Assembly: GCA_040752695.1 (NCBI GenBank)
Contig: JBFMGO010000144.1
Span: 1 to 12,688, forward strand
DNA length: 12,688 nucleotides
From: a bacterium
GTDB taxonomy: Bacteria > SZUA-182 > DTGQ01
Direction: 5' to 3'
The notes under the pieces were generated by a model, which worked only from the letters and a program-made list of their open reading frames with translations, was not told where the DNA came from and ran no database searches. The position numbers and the translations under genes are program-made. Of this stretch, positions 1 to 5,925 are shown piece by piece; position 1 is the stretch's first letter, and the number at the start of each line of letters is the position of its first letter.

Positions 1-57
1 ACAATCCTCATCTTGGAAGAAATTGCTTATCAGTTTGGAATGGTGAAAAAATTTCCC

Positions 58-86
58 TTGACAGAAAAAATCTATAGAAGTACAAT
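58..86 (+). promoter_or_regulatory. Sigma70-type promoter
   Basis: TTGACA (58-63), 17-bp spacer, TACAAT (81-86), 40 nt upstream of an ATG with an SD. Confidence 0.8.
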
Positions 87-126
87 GAGGTTAATCATGA
101 TAAATAAAAAATTAAATGAGGTCAAT

Positions 127-318
127 ATGGAAAAAAAATATTTAACTACTAAACAAGTTGCTGAATTTCTTACGCTTAGTATTGGTACAGTTAAGGGATT
201 GATAAAAGAAGATAAAATTCCTTACTATCGAATAGGAAAACGAATAGTTTTTGATCAAGAAGAGATAATCAAATGGGTTGAATCACAAAGAGAAGAACCA
301 AAGGCGGCCACAAGATGA
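127..318 (+). CDS. Excisionase-like helix-turn-helix DNA-binding protein (HTH_17-like), 63 aa
   Basis: YLTTKQVAEFLTLSIGTVKGLIKEDKIPYYRIGKRIVFDQEEIIKWV is a typical HTH_17 pattern. Start moved from 13 to ATG 127 because of SD GAGGT (118-122) and the promoter at 58-86. Confidence 0.88.
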   Translation: MEKKYLTTKQVAEFLTLSIGTVKGLIKEDKIPYYRIGKRIVFDQEEIIKWVESQREEPKAATR

Positions 319-611
319 GCACGAGTACACAGGTAGTTGAACTATTCAATATTTTTGCTGAAACCTTTGGTAAAGAAAAGGCTCAAATTGCCATAAAAGA
401 TATCGAGGAAATAATCGATGCACGCAAACAGGATCTTGCTACCAAGGGGGATCTTCTTACAGTAAAAGCAGAACTGAAAGAGGATATCAAGCAAGTTGAA
501 TTGAAGCTTACCAAAGAGATAGAGCAGGCAAAATCGAGCACGATTAAATGGGTTGTTAGTCTCATAATAGCTCAGACAGCAGCTATTATTTCAGTAGTTC
601 TCTTGAAGTAA
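315..611 (+). CDS. DUF1640/CCDC90-like coiled-coil protein with C-terminal membrane anchor
   Basis: LATKGDL neck motif, heptad coiled coil, then IKWVVSLIIAQTAAIISVVLL hydrophobic tail. ATGA overlap with the upstream gene. Confidence 0.8.
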   Translation: MSTSTQVVELFNIFAETFGKEKAQIAIKDIEEIIDARKQDLATKGDLLTVKAELKEDIKQVELKLTKEIEQAKSSTIKWVVSLIIAQTAAIISVVLLK

Positions 612-614
612 GTC

Positions 615-689
615 GGTCTCGAAAGGTGTTACGAGCACCATTCCGAGACCTGGCCAGCATGGTCTTTTGGTGTCCCTACCATGCCGGTT
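615..689. other. Two adjacent stem-loops in the intergenic leader (candidate cis-regulatory or antisense RNA)
   Basis: GGTCTCGAAA (615-624) pairs 9/10 with TTCCGAGACC (641-650) around GGTGTT-ACG-AGCACC. A second imperfect stem pairs GGCCAGCATGGT (652-663) with ACCATGCCGGTT (678-689). Confidence 0.55.
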
Positions 690-694
690 AATGC

Positions 695-703
695 ATTATA
701 CCA
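695..703 (-). promoter_or_regulatory. Extended -10 element on the antisense strand
   Basis: The minus strand reads TGGTATAAT (TGn + TATAAT), pointing back across the 615-689 hairpins. Confidence 0.5.
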
Positions 704-737
704 CAAAGGGACCCCTCCAGAGAGGGAGGGAATTTTC

Positions 738-1085
738 ATGGATCATCCTTCAGATGTTTCTACCACCACATTGCAATCCAGTATTGAGAAATTATTCGGT
801 ATCAGCAATCTTGCCACGACACTATCTTACCAGATCCGGGAGGTTGCCACGGTGATTATCGGCTGCATCCAGGAGCTTAACCCCACGGTGACACCGAAAG
901 GCAGGGCAGAGGATATCGAGATCATGGGCCAGATGACAGTGCAGGAGCTTCGGCAGGTGGTTAATCTTGAGAATACCAGGCAGGGCCTTATAGCTCAATG
1001 GCGGGAAGCTGAGGCACAGAAACAACAGCTTATTGACCAGGCCAGAACACGCATTGCTGACCAGGGAGGGCCGGATCATGCTTGA
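738..1085 (+). CDS. Hypothetical helical protein (115 aa; alternative start 681)
   Basis: Open frame, SD GGAGG at 725-729 before ATG 738, coiled-coil-like C terminus, stop overlaps the next start. Confidence 0.65.
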   Translation: MDHPSDVSTTTLQSSIEKLFGISNLATTLSYQIREVATVIIGCIQELNPTVTPKGRAEDIEIMGQMTVQELRQVVNLENTRQGLIAQWREAEAQKQQLIDQARTRIADQGGPDHA

Positions 1086-1359
1086 AAATCTGTCTCTTTT
1101 TGATCTGCGGCGAATCCTTTGTGCTATGTCTGTAATTCAATCGATGGCTAATGATTTACCGGATAAAAAAACATTAGATGCGGCAATCGAAGAAATTAAT
1201 CAAAAAATCGGTAATCCCCTGGAAAAACTTCTTGGCAAAAGTACACAGCAGGATAAGACGCTTGATAGCAATTCGGCTATTTTGGATAAATATGAGCAGC
1301 AGCTTATGACCGCCGAGCCAGAGAAAAAGCCAAAGAAGAGAGGCAGGGCCGCGAAATGA
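1078..1359 (+). CDS. Hypothetical protein with basic C-terminal tail (93 aa)
   Basis: SD GGAGG at 1065-1069 before ATG 1078, 8-bp overlap with the upstream gene, ends KKPKKRGRAAK. Confidence 0.65.
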   Translation: MLENLSLFDLRRILCAMSVIQSMANDLPDKKTLDAAIEEINQKIGNPLEKLLGKSTQQDKTLDSNSAILDKYEQQLMTAEPEKKPKKRGRAAK

Positions 1360-1586
1360 GCAAGGTATCGAATGATAAAATCACCGTCTCTTTCACCAAA
1401 GACCAATGGGAAGATGTTATTTCCTGCCTTGAAGCGGTTGATAAAGCAAAAAAAATGATCAATACGGGCTTGTTATCAGCCGAAGGTGGATCAAAATACT
1501 TTCTCAAGATGGTTATGCGTATAAAATCGGAGGTTGAAAAATCCTCTCCACAGGCCGAGATAATCAATCTGAATGTTTTTAGATAA
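1356..1586 (+). CDS. Hypothetical protein (76 aa)
   Basis: ATGA overlap with the upstream gene; followed directly by terminator-like hairpins. Confidence 0.65.
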   Translation: MSKVSNDKITVSFTKDQWEDVISCLEAVDKAKKMINTGLLSAEGGSKYFLKMVMRIKSEVEKSSPQAEIINLNVFR

Positions 1587-1590
1587 CCAT

Positions 1591-1660
1591 GGCCTTCGGG
1601 CCTTGCTCCTGGCAGGGGATTTTCCTTGGAAGGGTTTATCTCCTGCCGGGGGCTTTCTCT
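1591..1660 (+). terminator. UUCG hairpin plus 16-bp stem-loop (probable terminator or structured RNA)
   Basis: GGCC-TTCG-GGCC (1591-1602). 1605-1620 pairs fully with 1638-1653 using three G-U wobbles on the + strand, followed by TTTCTCT. Confidence 0.55.
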
Positions 1661-1716
1661 AAATTCCAAACGGTTTGGAATTTGTCCCACGGTGGGATTT
1701 TTCTCACCGTGAGAAA
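1661..1716. repeat. Three adjacent palindromes, each with a 1-nt centre
   Basis: AAATTCCAAAC-G-GTTTGGAATTT (1661-1683), TCCCAC-G-GTGGGA (1685-1697), TTTCTCAC-C-GTGAGAAA (1700-1716). Confidence 0.85.
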
Positions 1717-1769
1717 TTTGACCATTGACCCATGGGGAGGTTTTTAACATTTTTCCTCCCTGGGGGAAT

Positions 1770-2066
1770 GTAACCCACGATACAAACACTGTAACCGGGA
1801 ATGTGACAGGTGACACAGGACAAGGTAACAATCCAAGAGGCTGCACGAATAGCCAATATCAGTAGAAAAACCCTTTACCGATGGATTGAAAAAGGGTTGA
1901 TTTCCAGAGAGAAAGATAAAAATCTTTCCTTTGTGTCCCTGGCCGAAGTCAAAGCAGTATGTGACAGGGTAACAAACCAGCAGGATACAGAGAATGTGAC
2001 AACAGGTAACACTCAGGATGCACAGCAGGATACAATCAGGGTAACAGAGGATACAAACACGGTTAC
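1770..2066 (+). repeat. Two clusters of short GTAAC/GTGAC/GATAC direct repeats (1770-1830 and 1959-2066)
   Basis: 1770-1795 matches 2041-2066 at 21/26. GAATGTGACA at 1799 and 1992. ATGTGACAGG at 1801 and 1959. Confidence 0.75.
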
Positions 2067-2382
2067 ACTTAAACTTGAATATTACAACGGCTTGATAACC
2101 AGGCTTGCAGGGCTGGAGATCGAGCGGCGCTACCTTCTGGAGAATAAAGAGGGACTTGAGGCCAGAGAGCAGGAATTGACCGAGACCAGGGCAGCACTTA
2201 CGCGGGCTAATAGCGAATTAAAGCGGCTCTTGGAAGTGAAAAAAGATGCTGATCAGAAAGCAGTGGTGCTCCTTGACCAGCAAAGAGCACTGGAAGCACG
2301 GGAACGAGAGTTGCGGGAACTGCGGGCAGAGAATGAGCGGCTTAAGTTACCGTGGTATAAAAAGCTATTCAGAAGTAAGTGA
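1810..2382 (+). CDS. N-terminal HTH, linker, long coiled coil and amphipathic C-terminal helix (RacA/pSK1 Par-like architecture)
   Basis: VTIQEAARIANISRKTLYRWIEKGLI HTH, T/Q/D-rich linker, heptad region, ends LPWYKKLFRSK. GTG start without a clear SD. Confidence 0.75.
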   Translation: MTQDKVTIQEAARIANISRKTLYRWIEKGLISREKDKNLSFVSLAEVKAVCDRVTNQQDTENVTTGNTQDAQQDTIRVTEDTNTVTLKLEYYNGLITRLAGLEIERRYLLENKEGLEAREQELTETRAALTRANSELKRLLEVKKDADQKAVVLLDQQRALEARERELRELRAENERLKLPWYKKLFRSK

Positions 2383-2431
2383 TTGAAAATAAATAATATA
2401 ATAGGCTAGACTTAAGGTGATGGTTTAAGAA

Positions 2432-3250
2432 ATGAATGAACTGGATAAAGATCAAGGCAAAAGGGATTTTTTTAATTTTCTTGTAGATGTGAACAAGTGC
2501 TTCCATGCCGACTATGCAGATTACTTTTTTAGATTAAGTGATGTGGCAAAAGGTTATGCCAGAATATTAACTATAATAAAAAAGATAGTTGATTACAGGG
2601 AAGAAGAAGAAAGGCAAAAGAAAAAAAGACTCCCCTTCTATGAGTTGTATAAAAAAATAGAAGACGACCTCAATACTATTTATGCGCGAATGGAAATACA
2701 TCCCGATGCAGACATAGTGTATTTTCCAGGAAGTTTGTGGATAGACGGATTTTTTCATGATACACACGCCAAGAGTGCTATCTATGAAATGCTTGACCCT
2801 AAATTTAAACTTCCCGATAACCTGGAAGATGATTTAAAGCTTGCTGTTCATTGTTCCCTGGGAATTGCCGGTGCTTTTCATTCATTAGCTTGCGGTTCAG
2901 GCGTTGAAATACCTGTAGCTATCTTGCTGTTTTTGTATGACCATCTTAATAATCTAATCGAAAAAACAACAGAACTACTCCACGCGATAGAAAAACGCGA
3001 ATTACTTGGAGACCGGAATAGTAAAAACGCTTCGAGTGTTCATCTTAAAATCAATAAAATCAAATTGAGCGACCAATACCCAAAACTTAAACGAGTACTA
3101 AGCAATTTCGATGGAACACAAGAGGGAAAAACGGCTATTGATAGGATTGTCTCTAAAATTATAAAAACCAGGAACGAAAAAACCCTACGAAAATACAGAC
3201 AATATCTTTTAAATAGCCTTGATGAAGAAAAACAAGAGGTTAATTTATAA
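2432..3250 (+). CDS. Hypothetical protein (272 aa, AT-rich, basic helical C terminus)
   Basis: Long ORF in AT-rich DNA; possible promoter TTGAAA (2383)-18-TAGACT (2407). No family recognised. Confidence 0.75.
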   Translation: MNELDKDQGKRDFFNFLVDVNKCFHADYADYFFRLSDVAKGYARILTIIKKIVDYREEEERQKKKRLPFYELYKKIEDDLNTIYARMEIHPDADIVYFPGSLWIDGFFHDTHAKSAIYEMLDPKFKLPDNLEDDLKLAVHCSLGIAGAFHSLACGSGVEIPVAILLFLYDHLNNLIEKTTELLHAIEKRELLGDRNSKNASSVHLKINKIKLSDQYPKLKRVLSNFDGTQEGKTAIDRIVSKIIKTRNEKTLRKYRQYLLNSLDEEKQEVNL

Positions 3251-3253
3251 TTC

Positions 3254-3315
3254 TTCGCGGTAAAAACGATTCTTTTTACCGCGAAATATCACGGTAAAAA
3301 CGATTCTTTTTACCG
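3254..3315. repeat. Direct duplication of a 24-bp inverted-repeat unit
   Basis: CGGTAAAAA-CGATTC-TTTTTACCG at 3258-3281 and 3292-3315. The first copy extends to perfect 13-bp arms (3254-3266 and 3273-3285). Confidence 0.92.
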
Positions 3316-3343
3316 ACTATTTTTCGATAAGTCAATAAGTTAC

Positions 3344-3372
3344 TTGATAAACTTATCAAAACAAGATAAGAT
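3344..3372 (+). promoter_or_regulatory. Putative promoter of the replication operon with an overlapping palindromic operator
   Basis: TTGATA (3344-3349), 17 bp, TAAGAT (3367-3372). The palindrome TTGATAA-AC-TTATCAA (3344-3359) covers the -35. Confidence 0.55.
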
Positions 3373-3397
3373 ATATTCAATTAAACGAAAGTGACCC

Positions 3398-3517
3398 AAA
3401 AAGCGAAAAGGGCTTAAATCAGCTTACCGACCAAGATACTCTGATTTAAACCCTCACCATCACGCTACCGGCTTTTTTTATCCAGTAACTATTTCGCTTC
3501 GGCTGTAGCTACAGCCT
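3398..3517 (-). ncRNA. Candidate counter-transcribed antisense RNA (about 120 nt) over the replication operon leader
   Basis: Minus-strand promoter TTTACT (3552-3547), 17 bp, TATAAA (3529-3524) with TGn extension. A 14-bp stem (3409-3422 with 3441-3454) has its single mismatch as G-U only on the minus strand and is followed there by TTTCGCTTTTT. Confidence 0.4.
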
Positions 3518-3526
3518 TTTTTATTT
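3501..3526 (+). terminator. Intrinsic terminator (possible attenuator) upstream of the RHH-rep genes
   Basis: GGCTGT-AGCT-ACAGCC followed by TTTTTTATTT. Confidence 0.65.
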
Positions 3527-3573
3527 ATAACACATTGATTTAAAAAAGTAAAGATAGAAAGGAGTCAAGGTTA

Positions 3574-3756
3574 ATGGTAATCGAGGACAAAAACTATGTA
3601 ACAATTTCTTTTCCCTGCCCAAAGTCAATCCACAAAAAACTGAAAATGGTTGCCACGGCAAAGGGTAAGACCGTCAGAAACTTCATTCTTGAATTGTGTA
3701 CGGAGGATCTTTTTGAGCGACCGGAAAATAAAGAATTGCTTGCTGGATTGAAGTAA
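3574..3756 (+). CDS. Ribbon-helix-helix DNA-binding protein (CopG/ParG-like)
   Basis: VTISFPCPKSIHKKLKMVATAKGKTVRNFILEL fits the beta-strand/helix/G-x-T/helix RHH pattern; SD AAGGAG at 3559-3564. Confidence 0.75.
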   Translation: MVIEDKNYVTISFPCPKSIHKKLKMVATAKGKTVRNFILELCTEDLFERPENKELLAGLK

Positions 3757-3770
3757 GGCAGGGCCGGAGG

Positions 3771-4592
3771 TTGGATCGAGGTTGGGTTAAACTTTGGAGA
3801 AAATCACTGGATAGCCAGATATGGCAGAATGCAGAATTATGGCATTTATGGTGCTGGTGCATCCTCAAAGCTACTCATAAGCCAATATGGGTAAAAGTAA
3901 GAACCGGCAAGGGATTCACGGAGGTTAATCTTGAGAGAGGTCAATTTATCTTCGGGAGAAATCAAGCCGCAAAAGAACTGCATCAAAAACCATCCTCAAT
4001 TTACAAGCGATTGCTAAAATTAAAAAATCTTCAAAATTTGATCATCCAAGATAACAACCAATTTTCTATAGTAACTATTTGTAATTATGATCTTTATCAG
4101 CCAGAGAAAGAAGAGGAAGGAACAACCAAGGGAACAACCAAGGAACAACCAAGTAGCACAAACAAGAACAAAGAGCATTTAGAGAAGGAAATAAAAAAAC
4201 CTTCTTCCTTGCCAAAAAAAGACTTGGCAAGGGGGGGGTGTGTCCCTGAAATTCCCTACAAAGAAATCATCGACGATCTAAACGAGAAAGCAGGGAAGCA
4301 CTTTTCCCCTGCTACCAAAGACACGCGGGAACATATCAACGCACGATGGCGGGAAGGCTATCGCCTGGACGACTTCAAGCAGGTGAACACCGTCAAGTCT
4401 GCCCAATGGCGAGATGATCCACACTGGAATAAATTTCTCAGGCCGAGTACTTTGTATAATTCGGAAAAATTCGAGGGATATCTGAACGAGAACACAGATA
4501 TTAAGCCACAGGAAACGCCAGAGGACCAGGCCGCAAGAGAGAACAACGAGGAGATTATGAGACGGTTGAAGGAGAAAGCCAAACATGACTGA
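3771..4592 (+). CDS. Phage-type replication initiator with conserved phage C-terminal domain (Phg_2220_C-like)
   Basis: N-terminal GWVKLWRKSL..W and LERGQFIFGR ... SIVTICNYDLYQ typical of phage initiators. C-terminal IIDDLNEKAGKHF...ARWREGY...FLRPSTLY..EKFEGYLNE. Internal iterons; precedes a DnaB-like gene. TTG start. Confidence 0.88.
   Translation: MDRGWVKLWRKSLDSQIWQNAELWHLWCWCILKATHKPIWVKVRTGKGFTEVNLERGQFIFGRNQAAKELHQKPSSIYKRLLKLKNLQNLIIQDNNQFSIVTICNYDLYQPEKEEEGTTKGTTKEQPSSTNKNKEHLEKEIKKPSSLPKKDLARGGCVPEIPYKEIIDDLNEKAGKHFSPATKDTREHINARWREGYRLDDFKQVNTVKSAQWRDDPHWNKFLRPSTLYNSEKFEGYLNENTDIKPQETPEDQAARENNEEIMRRLKEKAKHD
4119..4232 (+). repeat. Iterons and inverted repeat within the initiator gene (probable replication origin)
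   Basis: GAACAACCAAG at 4120, 4132 and 4143, then an A-rich tract and CCTTGCCAA-N8-TTGGCAAGG (4207-4232). Confidence 0.7.
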
Positions 4593-5868
4593 TCGAGTTT
4601 TTGAGAGACAGGTCTTATGCTGCATCCTGCTAGATAATAAGCTCATCTACCAGGCCATACCGCAGCTATCAGACGATGATTTCGAGGATTACCGGAATGT
4701 ATCTATTTTCCGGGCCTTGAAAAAGCTTATTGTCGAGGAAAAACGTGATGCCGATATAGCCCTCCTGAGAAACCTTGTCGATTTCGAGGACTCCGGCTCT
4801 TATCTTGTCGATATCTTCAATGCACTTCCTACGGCAGGGCGTATTGATAACTATATCCAGCAGGTGAAGGAGTATTCAGCCAAGAGAGCTTTATACAGGC
4901 ACTTCCTGGCATCGACAGAGGAAGTGAAAAAACTTGACAAGCTTAATTTCAAGGAATGGCTAAACCAAAAAGAGGCTCAATTCACTGGCATTCTCAACAG
5001 CTATCGTAAGGAAGTGGTCAAGGATTCATTCAATCCGAAGGTTTACACTCAGAGAATGCGTTTTCTTTATCAGCAGTATCGAGAAAATCAGGCAGATTGC
5101 AGGGGGCCTAAGACCGGGTTTAGGATTCTTGATGAAATGATGGGAGGCTTACGGCTCCTGAATATCCTGGCCGGGACCACCGGGGCGGGAAAATCGACTC
5201 TTGCACAAAATATAGCCCTCAATATTTCCATTCAGCAGGGCATACCTGTTCTGTACATCAACTACGAAATGGAAGCAGATGACTTGCACTGCCGAATGAC
5301 TTCATGCTTATCTCAAGTCAAGTCTGACAAAATTAAGGCTGGGCGCTGTAGTGTTCAGGAATGGGCAGCGGTTGACGCTGTTATAGACCTGATCGAGAAA
5401 ACCGGAACTTTGCACATTACGGATAATGCAAGCCGCGACATTAACGACACTGTAGCTTTGATTCACTACTACAAACAGCGATTCGGGGTTAAAGTCGTTT
5501 TCGTGGATTACATCGGAGAAATAGAGGGTGATTCCCTGGCCCACAAAGAGCGGAACGAATATATAACTTATGGCCGGTATACCCAAACATTGAAAAATAC
5601 CTGTTCCTCTCTTGGTATCCATTGCTTTCTGGTTGCTCAATTCAACAGACAGGGCGATAAGGACAAATCTCCGCAAAGAAGTAATATTCAAGGCTCATGG
5701 AAGCTTATCCAAAAGGCTGATGTATTCATGGCCTTGCACTACGACGACAAGGAAAAGCAGCACAATTTGACAATCCAAAAGCAAAGACATGGAAAGTATC
5801 CATACAAGATAGGCTTTAATTTTCATAAAGATATTCACAAGTTTGAAGAAATACCAATGATGTTTTGA
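4585..5868 (+). CDS. dnaB: DnaB-like replicative helicase (SF4), phage type
   Basis: N domain ERQVLCCILLD...LSDDDF..YRNVSIF, Walker A ILAGTTGAGKST, YEM catalytic Glu, Walker B VFVDYIG, AQFNR, IQKAD, KQRHG arginine finger. 8-bp overlap with the initiator gene. Confidence 0.92.
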   Translation: MTDRVFERQVLCCILLDNKLIYQAIPQLSDDDFEDYRNVSIFRALKKLIVEEKRDADIALLRNLVDFEDSGSYLVDIFNALPTAGRIDNYIQQVKEYSAKRALYRHFLASTEEVKKLDKLNFKEWLNQKEAQFTGILNSYRKEVVKDSFNPKVYTQRMRFLYQQYRENQADCRGPKTGFRILDEMMGGLRLLNILAGTTGAGKSTLAQNIALNISIQQGIPVLYINYEMEADDLHCRMTSCLSQVKSDKIKAGRCSVQEWAAVDAVIDLIEKTGTLHITDNASRDINDTVALIHYYKQRFGVKVVFVDYIGEIEGDSLAHKERNEYITYGRYTQTLKNTCSSLGIHCFLVAQFNRQGDKDKSPQRSNIQGSWKLIQKADVFMALHYDDKEKQHNLTIQKQRHGKYPYKIGFNFHKDIHKFEEIPMMF

Positions 5869-5925
5869 ACGGTGTGACCCTGGCGGCTGCAATCCAGCAG
5901 GGCCACAAAAAACGGAGTTTAAACC

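Noticed and set aside
13..126. N-terminal extension of the first ORF (track start 13)
   Set aside because: It spans a consensus promoter, and ATG 127 has an SD and begins the HTH domain.
615..689. Possible tRNA or tRNA-derived att site
   Set aside because: No cloverleaf, no GTTCRA T-loop and no acceptor stem.
1304..1846. 180-aa minus-strand ORF
   Set aside because: Runs through palindromes, repeats and + strand genes; Pro-rich translation with no domain.
3258..3315. Possible mini-CRISPR array
   Set aside because: Only two 24-bp units with a 10-bp gap, too short for a spacer, and no cas genes.
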